The notes under the pieces: model-generated | Seen by the model: only the letters and a program-made list of their open reading frames with translations | What the model was told of the DNA's origin: nothing | Databases searched by the model: none | Position numbers and translations under genes: made by a program | NCBI RefSeq assembly: GCF_000315625.1 | Contig: NW_005434664.1 | Location: 62,001 to 126,000 of the forward strand | Source: Guillardia theta CCMP2712 | Taxonomy: Eukaryota > Protista > Cryptophyta | Direction: 5' to 3' | DNA: 64,000 bases | Shown here: in pieces, positions 37,738 to 48,616 of the stretch | Position numbering within the stretch: the stretch's first letter is position 1 | Layout: every line of letters begins with the position of its first letter

Positions 37738-40700
37738 ATGGCAGGGGAAGGGGAGAGGAGGAGGGAGAGAGTGCTGGATAGAGCGAGAGGTCGGTGGAGA
37801 AGAGCACTGAATAGAGCACGTACATGACAAGAAATCTGAGAGAAAGAGTTGAAGTAACTGTTCATCGACTTTTACAAAAAGAAATATGGAAACAAGGAAT
37901 GCAGGTCAACTGAACGAGTCTCAATCAAACCGTGCGATTGCAAGATCGAGCAGCGATGGTAGAATGGGAGGCCAGAGGGCAATAGGAGTATGCAGACAAA
38001 GAAAAATGAAGGAATGTACGTGGAGAAATAATGCCCTGACGCGCGTGTTGCACAGTTCGGTACGCTGAAAGGCATACCATCGTAATGGCCAAAGGTAAAC
38101 ATTCTTGTTGACTTCATCAAATGAACAGGCTGACTATGTAACTTTAGAAACAGAAGATATTCCAGAAGAACTGACCGACTGGAGTTGCCAGTCGAGTGTC
38201 AGTCTTTATCATTCGGCGCTTGGTAGTCTATCGCAAAGCCGACGGACTCTGGTGTCCTTGACGTCTTCTCAGCCGCATTTGGGCTTCAGGCTGGAAGAGC
38301 AGGAGGGCTCTGACTGCGACGCATTTTACTCTGCTTCTGACAATGAAGGGGATGAGTGTTCGCCAAACGCTCCATTTGCATGCAATGCCAATGAGGATTT
38401 GATTGTTCCAAATGTCTTCGGTGAGGGTAAATCGAAAGAGCTTTTCAAGGAACGAGATGGAGGCAGGATTCTGAGTCACAAGCTGCACAAACAGGCAGAT
38501 CTATTTGAGTCAGGAGCGTCACATGCAATGGATGGTGATTGTGATGTAAGTTCCAGACAGAGTTTGCATGAAGACTACAATGAAGGGGCAGCGAACGAGC
38601 TGCTGCATGCCTCAGTGTCAGACCTCTTGAGCTCGAGTTTCGAGAAGAGTGCTTTTGCCGAGCATGATACTCATAATTTAAGTAACACAACGCTGGATGA
38701 AAACCTGTCTTGCTTGAGGATGACTAAGTCGCTAATCAATCACAAGGAATATGTTACTGGATCCCTTCATATTGAAAATCCACGCCCAAAGGCACCTGGC
38801 ATTTCTTTCGAATGCATGCAGGACAAAAGTGAAGCAAATTCCTGTCCGAAATCTAAGACTTTTGATCTGGAAAGCCAACAAGCAATGGCTCGTGGTAGTC
38901 TGCCTGAAGTTTCTCCAACCGAGGTTGTCGGTACTGCGATTCAAGTAATCAACCAAGAAAAGCTTTCTCCAAAAACAACCAAAAAACAAAAACGCAAACA
39001 GAAAAAGAAGTCAAATGGACAGTTCAAAGATTCACTACCAAAACCAGACAAAGAAACGATAACTCCAGCAACAGAGAGTCATCAAGAGGAAAAGACGGAA
39101 GTGGGAAAGACAAAATTGAAAATGGAGAGAGGGGCCCAGGGCGACGAGGCGGCAAGGGAGGCCAGAGAGCGCCTAGAGCAGGGGCAGATGCAGGAGGCAA
39201 TGGAGCGGCTTGAGGCAGCGGAGGCGGCATATCGCGAGGCCGGGACGCTGGGGGAGAAGGAGGGCTCGATAGAGGAGCTACGGGGGCGGATCGAGGAGGC
39301 AGCGAGAAGGGAGGAGAGAGGGGCCCAGGGCGACGAGGCGGCAAGGGAGGCCAGAGAGCGCCTAGAGCAGGGGCAGATGCGGGAGGCAATGGAGCGGCTT
39401 GAGGTTGCGGAGGCGGCATATCGCGAGGCCGGGACGCTGGGGGAGAAGGAGGGCTCGATAGAGGAGCTACGGGGGCGGATCGAGGAGGCAGCGAGAAGGG
39501 AGGAGAGAGGGGCCCAGGGCAACGAGGCGGCAAGGGAGGCTATGCATTTGAACGACAAGCCAAAGTTTCTTGTTGTAGATCTTCAAGATCAGTTTGCCAT
39601 GGAGGTTTGGCGTTATTTTGTTCGTTTGTTTCGTTTGATTGTTTTCGTTCCAGTCTGCCACGCTCGGTATTTCTTTTCGATTTTTCTTTGTCTGTGGAAG
39701 TGTAGATCACCATGATGTTTTTTACAGGTCAGAGGCAAGACCCTTTAGGTGTCTTTGAGTCGGCAATCACCCCAGTCGTCATCAATGAGGATTATTTAGA
39801 CTCAGAGGACGATGAAGAATACGTTCCTGCGAGTGATTTCTCCTCCTCATTCTTGTGCAAGTCAATGCTGGATGAAAGTGATTTGTATCTGTCCTCTGCA
39901 ATTGATCAGAAGATCGTCCCGACTGAAGAAAGTGGTAGACTCTCTTTGTCATTTTATCGTATTTAATTTGTTTTGGTAGGGATTGGTCACACGACGGGAA
40001 GCTTGAATATGGTTTGCCTTGAGCAGTAGCCAAGAACTTGTTCACTAACGAGGCCACACAGAGCAAGGACTCCCCGCTCATGCAGTGTGCAATAGACGTT
40101 GGGGCGTTACACCAGGCTGTCGTGCAGAACAATGGTGACCTTGTCTCAGAGCTTCTACAAAGCAATGCAGATGTCTCTCATCGTGACAAGAGATGGTGAT
40201 TGTGTCTATCAAGGAGGTGGCGGTAACTCTAAATTTTCACAGGTTCTGTCCGCTTCACTATGCTGCAAAGTTTGGGCGCACTGACATCATCAATCAACTA
40301 GTGCGACAGGGAAATGCTGATGTTGAATCTGAAACTCGTGAGGGATTCACGGCTCTGCATCTTGCTACAATGTACGATCGCGAAGAAGCCGTCACGGCCC
40401 TAGTCAAACTTCTCTCGATTGACGCCTTGAACCTTCAGGTCCTGTTCACGTGTTATCGATCAGACCTGACGGTTTTGTTGTTTCAGGATCAAGAGGGTAA
40501 GTCAGCTCTTCACTACATCAACGACTCTGAAGCTGGAAATCGAATCTGCTCCTTGCTGCTGCGAGTTGGGGCAGACCCGAATCTTGCTGACTTCCAGGGG
40601 AATCTGCCTCCGATTCGTCAACATCAGGCTGCCGACAATGCCAAGGTTGGGACTCCCACCTCTCGCCCTCCTCCCGCTCAGATGCTCAACGCACCGGTGG

Positions 40701-41197
40701 ACGAGGACATGGTGACTGGAAGGGGAGAAGTGTGGGTTGCTCGCCCCTTGTCGCCTTCGATACTGCCTGTGACGGAGCCGGGAGAGGCAGCAGCGGCTGT
40801 GGGGCTCAACTCGAGTCATTGGGGGCTGCAGACTGTCGAGATCGACCCCAAGCAGAGCACCCAGCGCGTTGCTGATGGTCGCGGAGAGGCAGCCGGTCGG
40901 TTTGTAAACTACGCGAGCTGGCAGGAGCGAAGTATGGCTCGCTACGGCACGAAAAGTCGGATGGAGGGATCTGTCGACCTGACCAAGTCAATGACTGATG
41001 ATTGGATTGTGATTGACAGCGATGATGAGGAGAAAAAAGGTTCGCAAGATGACGTCATCGAAGCATTCACTGGAAGAATAGAGAGCCAAGTCTGGAAAGC
41101 TCGTGTGGACCAGGCCAAGGGAGCCATGATGAAAGTAGGCTCACAGCTCAAACGAGTCTTGGGGAACATGTCGAGCTGGCCAGCAGGCGGCGAGTAG
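37738..41197 (+). CDS. Ankyrin-repeat protein with acidic low-complexity N-terminus and a 63-aa helical tandem repeat, multi-exon
   Basis: Ankyrin motifs ALHQAVVQNN, CPLHYAAKFGRTDIINQLV, GFTALHLAT, GKSALHY..GADPNLADFQG. Large exon 38130..39600. The start codon is uncertain. Confidence 0.75.
39124..39540 (+). repeat. Coding tandem repeat, 189-bp unit x2.2
   Basis: Units start at 39124, 39313 and 39502; peptide ERGAQGDEAAREARERLEQGQMQEAMERLEAAEAAYREAGTLGEKEGSIEELRGRIEEAARRE. Confidence 0.95.
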
Positions 41198-41231
41198 AAT
41201 AAAGTCGGAAAAAGCCAGGGGGTCTAAGCGA

Positions 41232-42026
41232 TCAGGTGGAGTCGATTGGGGGAGAGATGCAGTAAGCAAACCACCATGACGCCCATGCGACCGCATGGAG
41301 GAAGCAGAAGAGACCGGACAAGTTCAGCACAAGCCCAGCAGCCGAGAGCTCTCGCTCATACTCGCTCAAGAACCGATAACCCCAGCGCCCCCCCAGCAGG
41401 CGACAAATGAGAGTCCATAGGCAAAAGAGCACGACTAGCTTGTGAACTCGCGATGCCCCGACCGTCAGCCCGAGCCGCTTCCCGCTCCTCGCCACGTACC
41501 TTGCAGGCCCGTACATCCAGTGCCTGGGCCTGCAGAAGACTAGGAAGACCCAACCGAGGAGGGGCATGGCGAGGCTGATCCACCAGTCTGCAGCGATGCT
41601 CTCCTGCTCGATGACATCTTCTCCTGCTCGCATCAACACCCCATGACACACCGCCACAACAGGACTGAACGTGACGCTGAGCCCTAGAAGCACTGCTGTG
41701 TTCCTGTAGAAGAAGTCCCGCCGCTCATGGCGTCTCAAGATAAACCGGTCAGGATGCGGCTCAAACGCTAGGGTGGAGATCACGAACAGGACGAGGCTGC
41801 TGATGCGGAGAAGAAAATTCCACGTGCTTAGGAATTGCGTATGCCCACCAAACAAGTACACACCCCTGAACCTGCGCCGAAGACACAGATAGAATGCAAA
41901 CATGTCAAAGATTCCTGACAGTATCGCCATTGCAACCCAGAAGAAGTCCTGGAAGGACAAGCGGTTCCGCTTGCGCCTCTTCTCATTGGGGTCTTCTTCA
42001 TGGACTTCAGCTTTCACCTGAGACAT
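41232..42026 (-). CDS. FAR-17a/AIG1-like multi-pass membrane protein
   Basis: About six hydrophobic segments; FGGHTQFLSTWN resembles the AIG1/ADTRP GG.xKFLT motif and GRWGYRFL resembles G.WVYPFL. Confidence 0.6.
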   Translation of the reverse strand: MSQVKAEVHEEDPNEKRRKRNRLSFQDFFWVAMAILSGIFDMFAFYLCLRRRFRGVYLFGGHTQFLSTWNFLLRISSLVLFVISTLAFEPHPDRFILRRHERRDFFYRNTAVLLGLSVTFSPVVAVCHGVLMRAGEDVIEQESIAADWWISLAMPLLGWVFLVFCRPRHWMYGPARYVARSGKRLGLTVGASRVHKLVVLFCLWTLICRLLGGRWGYRFLSEYERELSAAGLVLNLSGLFCFLHAVAWASWWFAYCISPPIDST

Positions 42027-42545
42027 GTCGTGATGGCAATGCTATCTACAAGACCTCTGTCATTCTACAGGCTGACTGACTTGCTGATCTAACACAAACT
42101 GACTTGCTCTCTCTCCCTCCCTCCTTGCGTATCAGATCTCGGTTTGTGCGCTTCGTACAGGTCGAAGTGCCTAGATGAGGGGGGTGATTTTTAGGACACA
42201 AGGGGGTGGGGGTCCTGCTAACTTGGACTGATGCTGAGAACGTGTGGGGGAGGGCGGGCAGGGGAAGGGAGGGGGAGGGGAAAGGAAGAGGAAGCAGCAG
42301 AAGGAGAGGAGAAGAATGTGTAGAGAAGGAAGAAGACAACGAGAGGATAGAACAAAGTTGAAAGACGAGGAGGGCAATGTACGGAAGAAGGAAAACGGAG
42401 TTTGAAGAAGCAACAAAGTAAGGGTTGAGCGTAAGTTGGAGAGGGAGAGGAGGAAGAGGTGAAGAGTTTGAGAAGGAGATTTCGTCTAATCTTGCATTCA
42501 TTTCATGACATGACACGTGCTGGCAGGGAAGTAAGAACATCAGTC

Positions 42546-43898
42546 ATGTCTTTAGCTGGAGTTGTCGATCTAACCGCCGAGAACCCGATGCTTGGAAACC
42601 TGGCAGCTGCACACCACAATGCCATGGAAGAGAATGATGGCAGTGCAGGACGACCATGGCAGTTCATTATCTATCCTCCTGGTGACCCAGACGCGATCAC
42701 TCTCACTCTCGCCGATGTCGAAAGACTGAACGAGGGTGAATTCCTCAATGACAGCCTTATCGACTTCTGGTGCAGATATGTTACCTTGAGGATGAACCCC
42801 AAGACGAGGGACAGGTTTCACATCTTCAACTCCTACCTCTTCACCAAGCTCATGCAAGAAGACTCGGACTTGACCGACAGCTCGGAGAGGCCTAGCGAAG
42901 TACTGTCATGGGTGAAAAATGTTGACGTGTTTTCCAAGGACTTTCTCCTGATTCCCATTTGCGAGCGGATGCACTGGAGCCTTGCCGTGGTGTGCTATCC
43001 CTTCCTTGACAAGGTACAGAAACTCGCAGACACGCACTGGCAAGTTCCTTGCATCCTTCACCTCAACTCAATCAGAAAAACTCAGCACTGGGTCCCTGAA
43101 TGCATTAGGAAGTTCTTGCAGGAGCTATGGAACGCGCGGCATGCCATGACCAAGGGAGATCGGAAATTCGACAAGTTCTTGTTCCCGGGATATTATCCCT
43201 CCTGTCCGCAGCAGGAGAACGAGTGGGACTGCGGGATCTTTGTGATCGAGTACATGGAGCGAATGTGCATAAGAGACTATCAGCCAACGTTTGAGCAGCT
43301 GCAGCATATAGACGACCCCAACGATTTCTTCGTCAAGAGCTCGTGGTTTAGACAAGCTGACCTCAAGGATCGCAGAACAAGATTTCGTGAGATCCTCGAT
43401 GACCTTCAGTTGCAGATCCTCAGCGGCTCAAACGCACATCTCCCCACTGCACCTTCAGCTTCCTCGCAGTCCCCGAGCAAGCAGACGAGCCGGAAACATC
43501 TCCTGGTGTCTCGCGGGAGTGCAGACGAGGAGGCTGTGGACGAGGTGGTGGGAGCGAAGAAACTTAGAACTGCACATGTTGAGCCGGCGGATGCGCAAGA
43601 CTTAGTCCAGCCGTCTGCGTCTCAATACATCTGCTTGGACGACTACGAGCATGAGAGTGCGTCGACATCGGTGATGTGCGGTGAGTCAAGATCGATGGAC
43701 GAGTCACAGGAATGCGAAGAAGTTTTGCCTGTTGTTGACGACGACGATGTGGTCGAAGACCAGTCGAGCAAGGACATGGAGGGTGGAGAGGAGTCGGGAG
43801 GGAATGAGAATCGAGATTTGCAGCAGGAGGAAGTTTGTATTGACCTCTCAGACGAAGGAGACGGCGATCGATCGATCCATGAGGTGCCCGAAGACTGA
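42546..43898 (+). CDS. Ulp1/SENP family (peptidase C48) SUMO protease, SENP6/7/Ulp2-like
   Basis: YPP..DAITLTLADVERLNEGEFLNDSLIDFW, FHIFNSYLFTKL, WVKNVDVFSKDFLLIPI..HWSLAVVC, PQQENEWDCGIFV; acidic tail with SIM-like VVDLT/ICLDD/VCIDLSD. Confidence 0.92.
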   Translation: MSLAGVVDLTAENPMLGNLAAAHHNAMEENDGSAGRPWQFIIYPPGDPDAITLTLADVERLNEGEFLNDSLIDFWCRYVTLRMNPKTRDRFHIFNSYLFTKLMQEDSDLTDSSERPSEVLSWVKNVDVFSKDFLLIPICERMHWSLAVVCYPFLDKVQKLADTHWQVPCILHLNSIRKTQHWVPECIRKFLQELWNARHAMTKGDRKFDKFLFPGYYPSCPQQENEWDCGIFVIEYMERMCIRDYQPTFEQLQHIDDPNDFFVKSSWFRQADLKDRRTRFREILDDLQLQILSGSNAHLPTAPSASSQSPSKQTSRKHLLVSRGSADEEAVDEVVGAKKLRTAHVEPADAQDLVQPSASQYICLDDYEHESASTSVMCGESRSMDESQECEEVLPVVDDDDVVEDQSSKDMEGGEESGGNENRDLQQEEVCIDLSDEGDGDRSIHEVPED

Positions 43899-44001
43899 AA
43901 ACTTGTGCCGGTCTAAAAACACTTGATTCCCCCTTGCATGCCCCCCGCCTTCTTGTTTACTTGCAGGCAATAAAGTGATTAAACAAACAAACGGCTGACC
44001 G

Positions 44002-45426
44002 TCACGACTGTTCGGAGACCAACTTTCCGACAGCTTCGAGGACGAGCCCCTTCTTCTCCAGCAGGGCCTTCAACACGCTCCTCCGCTCAGTAAACCCCAT
44101 GCTGGCAAGCTGAGCCGTCTGCGACTCGTAGACGAGGGGATTACACGCCTCGAAGCAGTCGAGCCCCTCGTCGTCTCTCAACGAACTGTCTGCCCTGTTC
44201 TGCAGCAGGAACTCGGCGACGTCGGTGTAGCCATACTTGAGAGCGAGGAACAAGGGACTCTGTCCCCTCTGGTTGCAGGCGTTGATGTTGGCGTTGTACC
44301 GCAGGAGCAGTTTAACGATGTTGAGATGGCCGTTGGCTGCAGCAGCTGCAAGCACAGAGTTTCCCTTGTTGTCGGTGCTGTGCACAGAAGCGTTCTCCCG
44401 CTCCAAGATGCCCTTCACCTCCACCAACGAGCCCAGACGAGCCTTCCGGACGATGAGAGGAGCAGCCGCTGCGCTCTTGTCCTTGGCTCCAACGGCATCA
44501 GCAGCTAGCATGTCAACAGCAACCTGCTCGAGATCTGCCACAGGAGGCTGAGCTTCTGCCTTGCTGTCTGACTCCCTGTTGGCCTCCACCTCCACCACCT
44601 CTCCAGCTACGTGCACGCCCTGCCCCCCTTGTGGTGGCTGCTGTGAATCCCTTTGCTCCATCTCCCTCACGACGCTGAGAGAGATCTCGGGAGCCGAAGG
44701 AGAGGGGAGAGAAGCCTGCAGGTAGCCATGCGCGTCCCCCGAGGCCTCTGACTCGCCCGATACGTCGAGATTCTTCCACTCCAAGAGGCTTGCGCGGACT
44801 TGGTAGGAGCTGTTGCTGTTGGGGTTCAAGAAGGTCATGCTCAGACAGTCTTCGCTGGACGAGTCGAGGATCGATCTCTCCATGGCCAGCAGCTCCGCCG
44901 CATCTGAGATCCTCCCGCCGTTCACGCGCTCCAGCACGTCGCCCTCTTGCACCGGCCCGCTGCGAGACACGAGCGAGTCCGCAAGGATGGTCGAGACGAC
45001 GAGACGCTGCGTCAGCTTGTCTTTGTGCAGCTCGATGCCCAACGAGTGGATCAAGGTTTTCTCTGCTGTCCTAGACTCGTCAGTCTCGGGGAAAATCTCA
45101 GCAGCGCAAGGGAGATCCATGAACGCCGTCGTCCAGCACTCAACATCGTTCATGGTGGCTGCTCTGAACGAGTACAGGCGGATCCTTACGTCGTCATGGT
45201 TGAAGATATTGAGGTGAAAGTCTTGACCAAACATGCTACTGCTCGTGCTGCTCACTCCCAGCTTGACTTTCATACTCCTCCCGAAGACAAAGCTGTCGAT
45301 TTCAAACCCGTCTCGATCCACCACAGACAGCACGTTTTCACGTAGAGTGCACCTACACTCTATCCATCTCGCTGAGTTCGCACTACCTTCATCAACTTGC
45401 TGCATCAACAAACTTCCTTGCATCAT
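44002..45426 (-). CDS. PH-like + PDZ + ankyrin + UBA domain protein
   Basis: PH-like (QGSLLMQ..W..C.L...YSFRAAT...ECWTTAF), PDZ (SLGIEL..VVSTI..SGPVQEGDVLERVNG), ankyrins (GNSVLAAAAANGHLNIVKLLL, GQSPLFLALKYG), UBA (QLASMGFTERRSVLKAL...AVGKL). An upstream exon is possible. Confidence 0.85.
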   Translation of the reverse strand: MMQGSLLMQQVDEGSANSARWIECRCTLRENVLSVVDRDGFEIDSFVFGRSMKVKLGVSSTSSSMFGQDFHLNIFNHDDVRIRLYSFRAATMNDVECWTTAFMDLPCAAEIFPETDESRTAEKTLIHSLGIELHKDKLTQRLVVSTILADSLVSRSGPVQEGDVLERVNGGRISDAAELLAMERSILDSSSEDCLSMTFLNPNSNSSYQVRASLLEWKNLDVSGESEASGDAHGYLQASLPSPSAPEISLSVVREMEQRDSQQPPQGGQGVHVAGEVVEVEANRESDSKAEAQPPVADLEQVAVDMLAADAVGAKDKSAAAAPLIVRKARLGSLVEVKGILERENASVHSTDNKGNSVLAAAAANGHLNIVKLLLRYNANINACNQRGQSPLFLALKYGYTDVAEFLLQNRADSSLRDDEGLDCFEACNPLVYESQTAQLASMGFTERRSVLKALLEKKGLVLEAVGKLVSEQS

Positions 45427-45949
45427 CTCAAACTCCAAGATCTAGGCCAATCTAGTGGCGGTCGATCCCGTCGACTTTGTTCCCAAAAAACAACTTCACG
45501 AAAAGAATCACTTTTCAACAGTTGTACATTCGTTCATTCTCCCCTGCCTTGCATCTTCTTCGTAGGCATACAAGATACGAGAGTCGCTGACCTGTCTCAT
45601 GCTCTGTCTCCTCTCTCTCTCCCTCTCGCTCTCCCTCCCTCCCTCCCTCTCTCTCTCTCACACCTGACTCTCAACCCTTCAGTCAGCCCTCCCTGCCATC
45701 ATCGCATAGCTACAGAAGAGGCCTTGCGTGATTCCTTTAGGAGCACTACTCTGGACATCCATCTTCACCGGTGACACTCGGCCCGGCCGATCATCGGGCA
45801 GGTCACCGGGTCACTGCAGGGTCACTGGACTGGTCACTGCAGTGGTCACTGGTGGTCACTGGAGGGATTCTGGAGTATGAGGGGGATGAGTGTCATTCTA
45901 TTTCAGGATTGACGATGGTGAGTTGCGGTCGTTGAGAGGAAAGGAAGTC

Positions 45950-46250
45950 GGAGAGAGGCGCGGAGAGCAGGGGAGAGGAGGGGAGAGGAGGGGAGAGGAG
46001 GGGAGAGGAGGGGAGAGGAGCGGAGAGGAGCGGAGAGGAGCGGAGAGGAGCGGAGAGGAGCGGAGAGGAGCGGAGAGGAGCGGAGAGGAGCGGAGAGGAG
46101 CGGAGAGGAGCGGAGAGGAGCGGAGAGGAGCGGAGAGGAGCGGAGAGGAGCGGAGAGGAGCGGAGAGGAGCGGAGAGGAGCGGAGAGGGGGAGAGGAGCG
46201 GAGAGGAGCGGAGAGGAGCGGAGAGGAGGGGAGAGGAGGAGAGGAGAGAG
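45950..46250. repeat. (GGAGAGGAGC)n purine-rich tandem repeat
   Basis: Direct reading; about 20 near-perfect decamers. Confidence 0.95.
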
Positions 46251-46458
46251 GAGGATGCGAGATGTGGACGCTATCGAGATGCTTGGCTGGGCCTGGAAGA
46301 AGTTTAGAAACAGTAATGATCAACGATTGGAGGTGGAAGAGATGCGATTGTGTTGATATGTCCTCGATACCATCCGCTCAGAATGATGGCTTTTGGGATG
46401 CTGACATTTTTTGTTTCTTATTCTTTTCTTCTCCTTTGGGCGGATTACCACAAACTAG

Positions 46459-46756
46459 TTCGCTACCGTGAGTTTCACTTTGTAGTGAGTTCGTATAATC
46501 AGTGATGATTGCGCTCCAATAGATTGTTGACGCACAGAAGCTCTTTGCTACCAACTCGCTTGAAGCCATCAGCAAGCACATCAAGTTGAACCAGACCTAT
46601 CCCTGGGGCACGGACTCGTGAGTGGCTCCTTCAAAGTTGCTTCTTAGCGTCTGCTAACGGTCCACCAGCGGCGATGCCTTCGGAGACGGCGAGGGATTCG
46701 ACGGCGACGGCGTTGGCAACAACGTCTCTGATCAGGAGAACTATCCTTACAACTAA
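46459..46756 (+). CDS. Tiny spliced hypothetical protein (~60 aa), D/G/N-rich; 5' end uncertain
   Basis: Exons 46538..46617 and 46669..46756, joined across a 51-nt GTGAG..CTAAC..CAG intron, give KLFATNSLEAISKHIKLNQTYPWGTDSGDAFGDGEGFDGDGVGNNVSDQENYPYN*. Codons are biased toward C endings. Confidence 0.6.
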
Positions 46757-47033
46757 GATGATCCAGTCACGACAAGGTGGAAGGTCGCCTATGCTAAGCT
46801 GGACATAGACCACGGATGATGGTTCTTTTACATGTCAATTATGAGTGTAAACTGTGTAAGGTTCACGATCACTCAGTCTTGAAAGCTCATATTTGATATG
46901 AAGGAATATGAGCTTATATTTTTATGAGCTGATATTCTCATGTCAATTGCTCCTACAAGTCACCGCGCCTCCCTTATCTCATGCATGAACAAGCGTGTAG
47001 CACCCACACGTGCCAAGTTTCACCTCGCCGTTA

Positions 47034-47829
47034 CTAGAAGTCCATCGCAAGGAGCGCCTCTTCGTGCTGTTGTGCTTCGGCATCAAACTCCTGTAATCCA
47101 TCAGGAAAGTTCAGAGCGTTAGCGTGTGTTAAATTTCACTTGGGACGGGGCTGAACACGGCTTACCTTTTCTTCAACTTTGATCTTTGTGAGAGCTCTAT
47201 GGTAGAAATATGATCATGCATGTGTCGGCTCGTTATGCAAACATACCTTGTAGCTTTATGCTTCGCCTGAATGATGGGAAGAGCTTCTTTGTGACAACTT
47301 GGAATCGTTTCAATGTACAGCAGTGCTTTCATCCTTCACCTTCTTGGCATGGCAACTGATCGATGAACCATGCAACAGACGTCATGATCCTTTATCTGGA
47401 TTGAAACCGCAAGTCATTGATCTGGCCTATTTGCTTAATCCTCACGTGTCTAATGAAAAAGATCGCATTCCAAAGCATCGAGTGCCAGGCTCGATTTGAC
47501 CCTGCAATGAAGAAGCTGTTCAATCGATCTTGCATCTTCACACTACGAATTTGGCTCACGGATGATGAAGATGTTGGCAAGCGGATTAAAATATTTGACT
47601 GAGGAGGAGAATGAGCATCAGTACCGTCCAAGTGTGTATCAAGTATAGCAATACTCTGCATCCTATTCTGGAGTCGAGCCATCCCCACATCGCCGAAATT
47701 CCGAAGGACCGAGTCTTTGACTGCTTGCATCACAACGCCTTTCGATACTCCCGATGGACAAGCACAATCTTGGTTCGTGCTGCTCCAGATCATTTCGACA
47801 ATAAGGTATCGGCTTTTAAGCCGAACCAT
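47034..47829 (-). CDS. POP5: RNase P/MRP protein subunit POP5 (Rpp14/Pop5 family), multi-exon
   Basis: MVRLKSRYLIVE..., AVKDSVLRNFGDVG, next exon KYFNPLANIFII, last exon EFDAEAQQHEEALLAMDF*. Confidence 0.85.
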
Positions 47830-47979
47830 TGTTTCTTGTTTCTTCTTATCACACTCTTCGTTTCAGAGTAGTTGCTCTTTCCTTCGTCTTTCTCTCACAC
47901 CTCCTCTCAAACAACAGCTGTCCTCTCCTTTCACTTCCATTTCCGCCCCCCCGCCATGATTCGTTTCACTAGTTGGTAT

Positions 47980-48155
47980 ACCCGGCATTGCCTGAGGAAT
48001 CTGATTCCACCGGGCCCGGCGGCCCGCTGCCCGCCGGGCCGCTGGCGCCGGGCCCGGTCCGGGAGCGCCGGGGCTCGGACTCGGAGGCTCCGGGAACGGT
48101 CCGATCGGAGTCTAGCCTGAGCGGCCGTCGGAGCCGCGCCAGGGCCAGGCAGGCC
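47980..48155. promoter_or_regulatory. GC-rich CCGG island upstream of POP5
   Basis: Dense CCGG/GGCC/GGGCCC words; non-coding. Confidence 0.4.
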
Positions 48156-48616
48156 GTTTCAAGAGCCCCAGTAAATTGTCTGTGCAAGCCTCAGTGAAGT
48201 TTGCTCACTAAGACCGAGTTTAATCAGCGGCACGCCGTCACGAAACAAGGATTGAGGAGCACATGAGAGATAGACTGTATGCTAGGATGTGAAACCCAAG
48301 CACAAGCACAGCCGACGGTCCAGACCAACACTGCGACACGTAAGGGTCGTCTTGGTTTACAGGAGAGTTTTGTTATCTCAGCGCTATCTGCCACGGACTG
48401 GCACGGCTGGCATGCGATCCATCAAGTTTGGCAGCCAGCGAGACAACATGGGGGCTGTCATCTTTTAATAAGCCGTGACAGCAACTTTGTTTTGATATCC
48501 ATTAGACATTGTTTAGAACTCTTTTCTTCCTGATGTCGCTTCCCAATCATCCTCATGGTCAGTGCCGGCTGCGTGGCAATGAAGATAGTCAGCTGCTTCA
48601 AAGGGATCAGGTGGTA

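Noticed and set aside
45950-46250. CRISPR-like array
   Set aside because: Head-to-tail decamer repeat with no unique spacers, in a eukaryotic context.
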